Positions 46,977 through 59,137 of a stretch of DNA of 64,000 bases are shown here, piece by piece. How positions within the stretch are numbered: the stretch's first letter is position 1; each line of letters begins with the position of its first letter. The position numbers were made by a program, and so were the translations under genes. This DNA is from Schmidtea polychroa (lineage: Eukaryota). The DNA is taken from positions 140,058,001 through 140,122,000 of the forward strand of contig CM097885.1 of assembly GCA_044892525.1 (NCBI GenBank), read 5' to 3'. The notes under the pieces are model-generated. The model ran no database searches. It was not told the DNA's origin and saw only the letters and a program-made list of their open reading frames with translations.

Positions 46977-47465
46977 TATGGGTGACAGCCGGAGCAGATA
47001 TGTGGAAGCGAATGTCAAGTGAGAGATTGGCTCGGAAATAACCATTTGTCATCCGGATTTCAAAGAGTATATAAGGAATGAGAAAATCAGAGCAAATCGG
47101 CATTTTGCCTCAGCTAGGGTTAGAAGAAATCGAGCTTAGGATAAAGTAAAACGAATTTAGGAGATTAGGGAAACGAAGAGATAGAATAAGAATAAAAAGG
47201 GTGAAAGGGGATCAAATCAAAAAGAAATAGGAAAACGTTGGTCAAGAGAACCTAAGGAAATGAAAGGTGAATATTATCTTTATCAAAGCATCAACACCGA
47301 GCGGAGAATCGGTCAAACTCGAACTGTTGGACTATTTATTATTGATTGTGTATTTTTGAGAGAAAATATATTTTGATTTCAATATACGTTGGGTCGTTTA
47401 TTGTTTTGATTTAAAGGACACGAGGAGTCAGAGGTAACCGACTTAAATTAACTGAAAACCCAACA
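46977..47465 (+). mobile_element. 3' portion of a family-B LTR
   Basis: Homologous to the reverse complement of 32928-33420; ends GAAAACCCAACA. Confidence 0.85.
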
Positions 47466-47479
47466 TTATGATTTGTGAA

Positions 47480-48830
47480 GAAATTGTAACTAGCGACCAC
47501 GCAAAAAAATCTAGCCGATTCACGTGGTGACAAGAAATTAGCATAGAAAGATGATTATGGAATCTTTACCTAAACAGGCAAAAGGCATTTTAAATTTTAA
47601 TGTCAAAAGATTCGAGGGTCGAAGCACGATAGAAGCAGAGAAATGTATCAAGGATATTGAAGATCGGATGATACTTAATGATCTAAATTTAGTAAGTATT
47701 TTTGATTTGTTATTGTCTGAAGAGGCATCTATTCTCTGGAAAGAATTTAAAGACATCTCCACAACAAATGTAAAAGCTCGTGAATGGTTTAATGACACAT
47801 TTATAAAAATGAAGTCCATTATGGATAAGATTTGTGACTTATCATCAGTGAAACAAAATCATGATAAAGATTCGTAACATTCGAGATACAAGTGAAGAAA
47901 CTCGCTGACTAGGTTTTCGACTGTGGAATTTCAAAAGAGAATATTGTTGAAATGATTTTGTGCAACAGAGTATGAAATGAACGTTTGAAAGAAAATATAT
48001 CAACGAAGGCCAACATCACGAGAGAAGAAATCAGAAATTCAGAAATTTAGTAAAGATATATGAGCCACGAGAATGTTATGTTGCAAAATGACGATTGGAA
48101 GAAGTCCAGGCAGTAGCTAAATCAACATATATAAACGTTGCTCAAAATAAACAGAAGCTCATAAAAATCATCTTTTGATGACAAAATATATTCAAGTCGT
48201 CAACCAGAAAAAAGTTATCAAAATAGAAATGAAAGAAACAAAGACAAATTAATAAAGTGAAACTTGTGGCAGAACAATATAATGAGAGGACAACTACGGA
48301 TCGTAGATCAGCACTGTTAATTACAATGAAACATATTGCGAAAAAGTTTTACAATAGATGTTGTGGTTTACCAGAAGCAGTAGAAGGAAGGTTAAGACCT
48401 GGTCAATGCATTTGTTGAGTACAAAGTGACCATATGCGGTTTTAGTATCCGTTGAAGGACAAATGCCAAATATGCGGTAAAGAAGGTCATTCATTTAGAA
48501 GTTGTAATTTGTTAGCAAAATCAAGAAGTAATACTCAAAGACCGGAACGAAGAGTGCATTGTATACACGAAAAAGACGCCGAGAAAATGGATATAAGGCT
48601 CATATATCTTATGAAACAATCAGTAGTAGTATTTTCAAGTATTTAAAAATATTACATATACAAGACGACGTATTGATGATTAATACAGATGGAAAAATTG
48701 CAGTTGTAGTACCTGACACTACTACTACGATAAAACAAAAAGCTGTTCGTCTCACGCATTCCACTGGATACTATTTTGACGAACTCTTAGTGTTGTGTGA
48801 TATGATCTTAAGAACAAAATAGCCGTTATA
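47480..48830 (+). mobile_element. Internally deleted gypsy remnant (gag, zinc knuckle)
   Basis: Degenerate PBS-like TAGCGACCACG; gag-like ORF 47551-47877; CQICGKEGHSFRSC knuckle. Confidence 0.7.
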
Positions 48831-50900
48831 TATAAGTTAACCTTTCTGTTTGACGTTCGCGGTTACTAGTCTTACCTATTGCCAATATGGCGCGGAATAC
48901 ACGAGCTTCCCAGTTGTAGGCAACGAGGCGTTACGGCATTCCTTCCCTCACTACCAACATCCACATTAGGCACAAGAAGTTATCTGAAAACGGCGCAGTA
49001 TATCTATTTCACTTCTCGTTGGTGAGACGATGGTTTGAATTTGCTAACTTGCAGCGTGGTGTGGTGGCTGTGTGCCGAAAAACAATACACTATTTTAGAC
49101 ATAGAGAATGATTTCGCCTTTTAGAAAAAAATAGACAGAAAGTCAAAATATATGGCTATATCGTTTAATGAGCATATAATACAATACAAGATTATTACAT
49201 TTCCACAATTATTTGAATTTCACAATTTCAAAAGTTTGATCCTTCCAAAAATATCGGCATAAGTGTACATTGTAACTAAAATGTGCCGGTATATATAGCC
49301 TTATTTTTTGGTGTGCGACTATGTGTGCATGTATTGATTCAGTAAGACAAATTTGAATTATTTTAATTCTACTTAATTTCGAATTCTAATATTTATCGAT
49401 TTTGGTGGCAATTTCTTATAATTTATTTCATTTTCTAATTTTTATATTTTAATTATTGTTAATTAATTTCGCCACCATGAAAGATAAGGGCGTTTTCTAG
49501 AACATTCTATGTTGTTTCAGAGGTTTTATTAAATAATTCTTATTTATTTTAATTATTATGTTATTTAATTTTTGTTTTTTGCTAATTTAATTCTTAAATC
49601 TTTTATTTAATTTCAACTAGCTACTTGGCAGTCATAATAGATTTCGTCATTTTTATACAATATTCTAGATGTTCTTATCAATCCTACTGTAATTTTTATT
49701 CTTAATTTATTTTCTGATGACATTTTGTGGAAATCTTTCTAATTTCGATCCCTACTTTCTCTTATCGCATTTAATTCTGCTGTATGTTTATGTTGTATCA
49801 CACTTCCTGCTTTTGTTTCATTTTTACTTTACTTTTGGGTTTATCATTTTGATGTTGTATAAATTAATTTAATTGTTATTATTAGGTGTTTTGACGTGTT
49901 TTGAGTTTATTTTTACTTACGTTTCGATCAGCCTTCATCTATCTTGGCTTAAAATCAGTTTTTGCCTAACAGTAAGAATAATTAATTAATTTTAAATTAT
50001 TTTATTAATAAAATTAGGTACAATCATTGTACATATATAATGTCGACAAAAATTGACTAGTACAATCATTTAAAGGTAAAAAGAATTGGTAAATTTTAAG
50101 GAAACAGCTGGGTATCCATTGATAGTCATTTAAAATTTATTCAAAATCGGGAATAAAGTTAATATCTAACAGAATTTACACCAGAAATTTATTATACAGT
50201 GCAATATTATGAAAATTTCAATTTTCAAAAAGATTTATGAAAAAGTTTTAATTTTTAAAATTTTATAAATTAAATTTTAAAATATTCCTACAAAATGCAT
50301 GTTTTTATTAGGGTTTGTATAGAGTGATGCAAAAATGATTGAGTGTAAATTGATAAAAATGGCAAAATTTATAAAAATTCAAAAAAATGAGTAAAATAGA
50401 AAAAATTAATTAAAAATTTGAAAAATTAAAAATAGATATGTAGCACATGAAACAAGATCGCAAATTATGAGACTTATTATCAATACAATAATATAAAATC
50501 AATGAAAGGTCCACAGAAAAAGAGATTTAAAAAATACAAATTAACTTTTTAAAAATCTAATTCAATTGGTTTGAAGAAAAACAGCAGTAATTGATAAAAA
50601 ATGAAGCTAGTTTATTTTCTCAAAATCAAATTTGTGAGGTGTTTTCAGCTGAGAGTTAAATATTTCAATGATTTATCAAAATAATTTTAAATTGTAAATA
50701 ATTGACTATTAAAATAACTTTTAAATAATTTTTAAATTGGATTTTTTAAGTTGAAAATTTTGAATTAAAAATTAAAATAGCTTTTTAAAAAAGAAGTTTT
50801 GTTAATGAAATATTTTTAAATAAATATGTTTTATGAATAAATAGTTAAACATATATGGCAATGAATTAATTATAAGATAACGCCAATCAAACATTTTTTT

Positions 50901-50939
50901 CACGATTAATTTCGACAGTTTTCCTGTCATCATCAGGTG
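50901..50939 (-). ncRNA. Minimal type-I hammerhead ribozyme motif in the PLE 3' pseudo-LTR
   Basis: CAC-CUGAUGA-U-GACAG(GAAAA)CUGUC-GAA-AUUAAU-C^GUG, about 190 nt downstream of the GIY-YIG stop; hammerheads are an established feature of PLE pLTRs. Confidence 0.85.
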
Positions 50940-51130
50940 GGATATAATACTCATTAAATAAAGGATTTTAAACAAATCTAATCATATATAAAAAATTTTT
51001 TATTTTATAAAAAATATTATTTTTTAAAACTTTAACATTTAAAATTTAATTTAATAATTTAAAAATTTAAAAAATTTTTTATTAATTATTTAATTTAACA
51101 CAACAATCAATACATACAATACACAAAAGC

Positions 51131-51456
51131 TTATTTAAAAACACTCAACACACAAGTATTTACAGCATTCTGCACATTAATTTTCGGATTCAATGATTTT
51201 ATCAACAACGCCTCACAAATCACACGTTCCCAATAACTATCAAAGTTTTTTAATAAAATTTTAAAATCAGACATACCTATTTTAATCTTACAGCCCTTAT
51301 TGTGCTCACCAATATGGGTCAAAGACTTCGGTCTACAATGTTCTCGAGCTCGAATACAGAGATGACGGGAAGTCTCTCCAATGTATGTGGCATTACACCC
51401 ATTACATGTAAACTGATAAACGAGATCGGAGCACAATTCAACCGGAGTCTTTGACT
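51131..51456 (-). CDS. GIY-YIG endonuclease C-terminus of a Penelope-like element (cut off from its RT by LTR insertion)
   Basis: VYQFTCNGCNATYIGETSRHLCIRAREH...EALLIKSLNPKIN. Confidence 0.93.
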
Positions 51457-52355
51457 TGTTGGGTTTTTAATGCAAGTCGGTACTACGGTCTGACTCCTTT
51501 GTGTTCTTTTCCAAATAAATAAATAAATGAATAACCCAACACAAAATCTTTATTGACACTGATGTAGTTATACTTTTACACTTGTATTAGTTTACTCACA
51601 CTTGATACAATCAGGTTTTGTCTGCACTTTTCAATTTGCCAACAAATCTCACGCAGGGGTAGATCTTCCAACGGGAAATATCCCTTTCTGGTACGTTCGA
51701 TCTTTTTAAATGGTTTAATTTCTACTAACTTTAATATTTCCTCTTCCGCTCTCGTCAAACTTCTATTTTCTTTTCTTCGATCAACTGGCATTTTGTTTTC
51801 TTGCCAGTTGCTTTTATACTCGCTTGGTAATTGACTTTATTTTTGCCAATTATTTTTGGTTTTATTTCCCCCCGGGCTTCCTCTTGGAGGTCTAATTTAA
51901 TTGAAGGGAATTTGTTCATTTTCTTTGACGGCGCTTATTACTTTTTATCAGGCTAATTTAATTGCCTTCCCAAAATTGGATTTCTCCGGCTAAATTAATT
52001 GCCTTCCCGAAATTGGATTTCTCAATTCGCTCGGGTTTTCCATTGTATCGGGTTTCCCATTAGCTCGGGCTCTCCATTAGCTCGGGTTTCCCATTAGCTC
52101 GGGTTTTCCATTAGTTAATTAATTTTTGTTTTTTGTAATTTATTCCTTTTAGGGACCCCCCATTGATTTTATTTTATTATAGCTGAACTCGTCTCATTAT
52201 TTAGCATCCGCCCATACCAGTTTCCCCCAGAAAATATTCATTTTATAAAATTTTTGATTTTTAATTAATATTTTGTACTTTAAATTTTTATTTTGAATTT
52301 GGTGTTTTTGTCAATTTTCACCTCATTTTTGTGCCTCTCTTGTTGAACCCCAACA
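51457..52355 (-). mobile_element. 3' LTR of the family-A element (899 bp)
   Basis: TG...CA termini, same length as and apparently identical to 57843-58741; PPT directly upstream; TSD AGTC downstream (51453-51456). Confidence 0.95.
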
Positions 52356-52369
52356 TATCTCCCCCCTTT
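52356..52369 (-). other. Polypurine tract AAAGGGGGGAGATA
   Basis: Immediately 5' of the 3' LTR on the minus strand. Confidence 0.9.
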
Positions 52370-54854
52370 AATTTAGATTCGACCTCGAATCTGCATATAA
52401 TAAGTCTAATTTACCATACAGTAATAACAATAATAATAATAATAATGGATTGCTATCTACCTATTTTAGCTATTGCATTTGCCAATGATTTTAAATCTGA
52501 GATATTTTATTTTGAAATTTCCTTATTCGACTCCCCCCATCATCCTCACACTACTTAATATAAATAATAATGTTAATACTAATAACAATAATAATGACGA
52601 TAATAATACTACCGATAATAATAACAATACTAATAATAATTAATAATGATGATGATAATAATTGTAATATTGGTGACAGTTGTGTATCGGGCATCATAAT
52701 ATTTATATGTACATGATGAAATGCACTGTGCAGTGTGTACAATATGATATCAAGTTGGGTTCATCACAGATAGTTGCTTAGCTATTTATTTTAAACTATT
52801 ATTTCACAGAATATTTTTTTTCCAAAAGAGAAACAAAAGAAATTAATAAGAAAATCAGTTTAGTTAGAAATCCGGAATTCCAACTATAGATTAAATTCAA
52901 TTATCTAATAATTCAATTTCAAAAATTTTTTTTTTTAATTCATTCTTTAAACTAGGAGTCAGTGGAAAAGTCACAACCAATTCAATCATATTCCAATCCA
53001 CATTCTCAGAGAAATTTCAATAACTGACATAATTGAATTCTCTTTTAGAACGAAGGATTATTGACGGCGAAACATCAATGAGTTTCCCCAAATTGCCTCT
53101 CAGATAGTCAATGATTTTAATGGATTTTAAATGTGTTGGTTACTTAGGGGTGTGTCATTTTAAATTTTTAAATGCATTAGGGGTAATCATATATATTCAC
53201 TCGACTCTTTCCTAAGCACCTCCATGACTATTGCAATTTAAGCATTTGTGTACCCATGGCGACGACCATGTTGGTAATGTACACAAAGGCGAAAAAACAA
53301 TGAGCAGGTGAGCTTTATTGCTAAAACTACTCCCCATTGTATTTTCTATTCGGGTTCTAGACTGCCGATAGAAGGTCTTACGTCATTATTCACTATGTAT
53401 GCTATTTTTGGATCGTTGTTGGTCCTCAATTACGGGTATTTCTAATTGTTCTCTTATAAAATTTTGGTGCAGGGATCCGTTCTTATTTCCCAGCTAGTAA
53501 TTATTGTTCTACACTTCCTACAATATTTAAATTTTCCTTTGAAAAATTTGCGCAGGGATTGGCCATTATTTTCAAGTTAATCCACACTTGCCATAATATT
53601 TAAATTGTTCTTCAAAGATTTTGAGCAGGGATCTGCCTGTGTTTCTAATCCTGAGCTGTTGGAAAAATTACATAAATCTAACTTTATCCATCTTCAACTG
53701 GTTTCAACTATTCCATCTTTACTCCTAACTCACTTATGTCTATAAAACATAAAGGTGACTAAGCCACCTACATTATCTAAATCTAAATAAAATCCTAAAC
53801 GACCTAAAATGACATTACACTCCCTAATCATTCCTATCACTATCACTGTCCTCTAACTCGATGGACTCAACCGGCGAAATATCTGCCGACCAACAGCACG
53901 TAGTGCCGCCCGTCCACAAACTTTTCCCCAGCACAGACCATCGACACAATCAACAAATAATATAATTGAATTCAATAAAACTATGAATTAGAATAAATGA
54001 ATTTAAACCATTAAAAAGGATCACTAAAGAAAATTTAACCGAGACATTTATTAATTAAATTTATTAATTAAAATACTTCATAAAAATTACAGAAAACAAT
54101 AACAAATAAATTACCACATCCACGTTGGCATAAAATCGAAACTGAGAGTTCTGCAAATTAAGTGGCTATGTTGAAAAAGAGAGTTTTTCAATTGAATTTG
54201 TGATCAGTATTTATACTGATTTTGAATGCGTACTCTATCCAATCAGAGTGCGAGAATTATTGAATTGATTTTGCACACATGCATGAATGTGTGTAATTAT
54301 TTATTTGTTTTATTTCATAAATTTAATTAATTTCTTATTTAATTTTTATTAATTTTAATTTTACAAATTTTATAATTTAACTAATTTGAGTTATATTAAT
54401 TTTTATTAATTTAAACATTTTTATTCTTTAAATTTAATAAGTTAAATAACCATTTAATTCTATAAACTTTACAATTTACATAATGCTAATTAATTTTATT
54501 ATTTTTGACGATTTAATTTTTATATTGTTTAAATAATTTTCAACTAATTCCATTTTATATTTTATTATTTTTCTATTTAAATTTTTAAGTGTTGAATTTT
54601 CTGTTAAATTTATTTATCTCTTTATTCTATTATACGGGGTTTATTGATTCTTAATGTGTGATGTAGTTTATTTTAAATTAAACCTTGGTCATAAATTTTT
54701 TTTCAACTTTGCGGTTTTTGTGTTAGGTATTTTCGATCGATTAAAACAAACTCTCAGTTCTCGTTTTCAGCCCAACAAATGGCTTCTGATTGGCTGCTTT
54801 TTCTTTCATTAATAGGTAAGAAATTTTATTTTTTCTTCATATTTTTTAATTCAG

Positions 54855-55940
54855 GAACAAAATGAGAAAAAGATTATTACTGGAAATCAATGTTCTGGGG
54901 GTGCATTCAATTCTAATACGTTTAACAAATTATGCTACTTCTCTGAGAAGCACCCAAAAATTACTTTGGAATCCATTAATCAACTAAGAAAACACGGCGA
55001 ATTATGTGACGTAGCCTTGATTGTTGGTCAAAAAAAATCTTAGCCAATAGAATTGTGTTATCTGCATGTAGTCCTTATTTTAAAGCTATGTTTACTGGCG
55101 AATTATCTGAATCACTACAAAATGAAGTAATTAAATATTTGGTTATCTTTATCAAACGATATTAGGTAACATTAAGGGATATCGATGAAAGTACTGTTGA
55201 AGCATTGGTAGAATTTTGTTATACATCTCAAATTGTTATTGAAGAGTGGAATGTACAGTGTTTACTACCAGCTGCTTGTTTATTACAATTATCAGAAATT
55301 CAAGATGTTTGTTGTGAATTTTTTAAAACAGCAGCTTGATCTATCTAATTGCTTAGGTATCCGAGCCTTTGCTGATACTCATGCTTGTAATGACTTATTA
55401 ACCATTGCTGATAAATTTACACACCATAATTTTCAAGTACACTTTAATTTTGAGTTTTTTGTTAAGTTTTAATCGTAATTAGGAAGTTATGATGAGTGAA
55501 GAATTTTTATTATTACCCGTTAACCAGTTGATTTCAATCATTAGTAGAGATGAGTTAAATGTCAGATCTGAAGAACAAGTCTATAATTCGATTATGAATT
55601 GGGTTAAATATGACATTAATGAACAAAGACAACACTTAGCATGCATTTTACAGCATGTTCGGTTGCCATTTCTTTCTCCAAAATTTTTAGTTGGTACTGT
55701 TATCACTGAATTACTGATAAAATCTGATGATAGATGTAGAGACTTAGTTGATGAAGCACAGAATTATTTATTATTACCTCAAGATCGTCCTCTTATGCAG
55801 GTGGATAAAAAAATTTTTTTTTTTGTTAATATAAACTTTTATTGATTATTTGATGAAGCAAAGAATTATTTATTGTTACCTCAAGATTGTCCTCTTATGC
55901 AGGTGGATAAATTTTTTGTTAATATAAACTTATATTGATT
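54855..55940 (+). pseudogene. KLHL20: KLHL20/diablo BTB-BACK exons; two homopolymer frameshifts, duplicated exon end, no kelch repeats in the window
   Basis: [22 protein letters not shown]...[45 protein letters not shown]...[11 protein letters not shown]...[16 protein letters not shown]...[20 protein letters not shown]; short introns; -1 frameshift in an A run at ~55030-55037 and +1 in a T run at ~55319-55324. Confidence 0.9.
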
Positions 55941-55957
55941 ATTTATCGGATTATATT

Positions 55958-57369
55958 ATCGGAGCACAATTCAACCGGAGTCTTTGACTTATTAATAAAC
56001 ATATTGCGTACTTTCCATGAAGTTGACACTATCCTATAGTTTAAATCCCCTAACTTCTTTCTTATCTTCACTTTATAATCCTTAAAACCTTCTGAGTACG
56101 GCAATATTAACACAAATTTAGGCTTATCGTCCTTGCTCACACTATTTAATTTATTTAACTCATCAGACTCATTCACCTCAACAAAATCACACACAGATTT
56201 TAACTCATCAGACTCACACATCTCAACAAGATCACACCCAGATTTTCTCAAACATGGATCCTTAGGATTTTTAATAAATTTGTCAACAGTCTCTTTCACC
56301 ATAATTACTAAAAAGGATTTTGAATAACCATTCTTCATCAACAGTTCAACCAACACGTCAACACTCTTTACCGAATTTTTAAAAGTAGAAGACAAAGACC
56401 ATGCACGATAAATCAACCCCTTCACCATATTTCTTTTATACTTGAATTCACAGAAACTTTCGGAAGAAGTATAGAGACCAGTATCAGCTGGTTTTCTATA
56501 AATCTCTGTCTCATAGTGTTTCTCTTTGCGTTGTATTAACAAATCCAAGAAAGCAAGCGATGATTTTTTCTCCGTTTCACATGTGAATACAATGTTTTTA
56601 TGTAGACTATTCATATAATGCAAAAACGGGTCAACATGCCTCTGATTTTCAAATATAAGAAATATGTCATCCACATACCGTTTATAAACAATGGGTTTCA
56701 TACCTTGGAAAGATGCAATTTTCTTTTCTAAGCTTGTTAAAAAAATTGAAGCCATCGTTGGTGCTAAAGGAGAACCCATAGCAACCCCATCTATTTGTTG
56801 ATACCATTCATTATTGAAAAGAAAATTGATTTTTGAAGTTGCAAATACAAGAAGTTCACGAAACTGTTCTATCCAAAATATGATGTTCAGAAATATTTTC
56901 ATTCCATAACAAGCAACATAATTCAATTGTTTCAACCAATGGTACATTAGTAAACAGACTACAAACATCAAACGAAACCATAATTTCATCCATACTTTGT
57001 CTATCATATTGTGCAATGCAGGAAACAAATTCAAAACTATCTTTACATTCAAATTCTGAGCGTATCAATGGTTTCAATAATCCATCCAAAAATTTGGCTA
57101 TTTTATACTGGGCAGTGCCAATCATGGATAAAACAGGTCTCATAGGCACGCCATCTTTATGGATTTTTGGAAGCCCATACATTTTTGCTGGTTGTGATCC
57201 CATTGGGCGAATGGACTTAAACAACTCTTCATCAATTTGCTTATTTTTAATTAATTTATTCAGTATTTCTTTCAACAAATTCTCATCCTTAAGAGGAGGC
57301 TGTATTCCATTTTTTCGAGAAATCTCTATTTTCACAAACTGGGGAGCGTTCAAAACATCAGTAAGCTTA
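55958..57369 (-). mobile_element. Penelope-like element reverse transcriptase (one frameshift near 56860), truncated before the GIY-YIG
   Basis: MYGLPKIHKDGVPMRPVLS, SFDVCSLFTNVP, QIDGVAMGSPLAP, YKRYVDDIF, FLDLLI, IYRKP. Confidence 0.95.
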
Positions 57370-57842
57370 AGTTTTTGTGAATTCAAGTATAAAAGAAATA
57401 TGGTGAAGGGGTTGATTTATCGTGCATGGTCTTTGTCTTCTACTTTTAAAAATTCGGTAAAGAGTGTTGACGTGTTGGTTGAACTGTTGATGAAGAATGG
57501 TTATTCAAAATCCTTTTTAGTAATTATGGTGAAAGAGACTGTTGACAAATTTATTAAAAATCCTAAGGATCCATGTTTGAGAAAATCTGGGTGTGATCTT
57601 GTTGAGATGTGTGAGTCTGATGAGTTAAAATCTGTGTGTGATTTTGTTGAGGTGAATGAGTCTGATGAGTTAAATAAATTAAATAGTGTGAGCAAGGACG
57701 ATAAGCCTAAATTTGTGTTAATATTGCCGTACTCAGAAGGTTTTAAGGATTATAAAGTGAAGATAAGAAAGCAGTTAGGGAATTTAAACTATAGGATAGT
57801 GTCAACTTCATGGAAAGTACGCAATATGTTTATTAATAAGTC
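57370..57842 (+). mobile_element. Inverted duplicate of the PLE thumb/linker region, ending at the LTR insertion site
   Basis: FCEFKYKRN...RNMFINKS nearly identical to the reverse complement of ~55986-56460. Confidence 0.93.
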
Positions 57843-58741
57843 TGTTGGGGTTCAACAAGAGAGGCACAAAAATGAGATGAAAATTGACAAAAACACCAAA
57901 TTCAAAATAAAAATTTAAAGTACAAAATATTAATTAAAAATCAAAAATTTTATAAAATGAATATTTTCTGGGGGAAACTGGTATGGGCGGATGCTAAATA
58001 ATGAGACGAGTTCAGCTATAATAAAATAAAATCAATGGGGGGTCCCTAAAAGGAATAAATTACAAAAAACAAAAATTAATTAACTAATGGAAAACCCGAG
58101 CTAATGGGAAACCCGAGCTAATGGAGAGCCCGAGCTAATGGGAAACCCGATACAATGGAAAACCCGAGCGAATTGAGAAATCCAATTTCGGGAAGGCAAT
58201 TAATTTAGCCGGAGAAATCCAATTTTGGGAAGGCAATTAAATTAGCCTGATAAAAAGTAATAAGCGCCGTCAAAGAAAATGAACAAATTCCCTTCAATTA
58301 AATTAGACCTCCAAGAGGAAGCCCGGGGGGAAATAAAACCAAAAATAATTGGCAAAAATAAAGTCAATTACCAAGCGAGTATAAAAGCAACTGGCAAGAA
58401 AACAAAATGCCAGTTGATCGAAGAAAAGAAAATAGAAGTTTGACGAGAGCGGAAGAGGAAATATTAAAGTTAGTAGAAATTAAACCATTTAAAAAGATCG
58501 AACGTACCAGAAAGGGATATTTCCCGTTGGAAGATCTACCCCTGCGTGAGATTTGTTGGCAAATTGAAAAGTGCAGACAAAACCTGATTGTATCAAGTGT
58601 GAGTAAACTAATACAAGTGTAAAAGTATAACTACATCAGTGTCAATAAAGATTTTGTGTTGGGTTATTCATTTATTTATTTATTTGGAAAAGAACACAAA
58701 GGAGTCAGACCGTAGTACCGACTTGCATTAAAAACCCAACA
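57843..58741 (+). mobile_element. 5' LTR of the family-A Ty3/gypsy-type element (899 bp)
   Basis: TGTTGGGG...CCCAACA; AGTC TSD upstream (57839-57842); TATAAAA at 58380; AATAAA near 58645; PBS follows. Confidence 0.95.
58084..58168 (+). promoter_or_regulatory. 5 x 17-bp tandem array (CTAATGGGAAACCCGAG) in the LTR U3 region
   Basis: Directly visible; also present in the other family A and B LTRs. A regulatory role is inferred. Confidence 0.6.
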
Positions 58742-58745
58742 TATT

Positions 58746-58763
58746 TGGTGAGCCCGACGTGAT
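58746..58763 (+). other. Primer-binding site complementary to tRNA-Trp
   Basis: TGGTGAGCCCGACGTGAT, 4 nt after the LTR; one mismatch to the remembered animal tRNA-Trp PBS TGGTGACCCCGACGTGAT. Confidence 0.85.
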
Positions 58764-59137
58764 CAAAAGTCGGTGAAGACTTGTTGAAATTGTGATAATA
58801 TTTGAGTGATACCGAGGAATAAAAAGGTCGGTGAAAATTTGCTGAGATTGGTAAAATATAAATAAAAATTTGGGAAAAAGATAATAATAATTAAATAAAT
58901 AAATATTGAAGTGAAACGTTTATTTGAAAGTGGTGAACATTTATTCGAGAATTATTAAAGTGGTGACTTTATAATTGAAGCAAAGTGGAAAAATTTGTAA
59001 CGATTGATTGTTGAAAAGTCAAAATTAGAACGAAAGGTAAATTTTGTAATTGTAACACTTTGAATTTTAGACGAGTAAAGCCTGTGTTGACCCGATCATT
59101 TTATAAATTGAGAAGCCAAACACTAATAGAGAATTTA

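Noticed and set aside
48830-50830. Search for KLHL20 kelch exons predicted by a simple inversion model
   Set aside because: No GG-containing kelch motifs seen on either strand, so gene continuity on this side is unsupported.
57016-57918. 300-aa ORF in the track
   Set aside because: Chimeric: antisense RT sequence read through the inversion junction into the PLE duplicate and then the LTR.
58407-58622. Identical 71-aa ORFs here and at 51576-51791 (similar at 30945-31226)
   Set aside because: They lie inside LTR copies; identity reflects LTR identity and no domain is recognisable.
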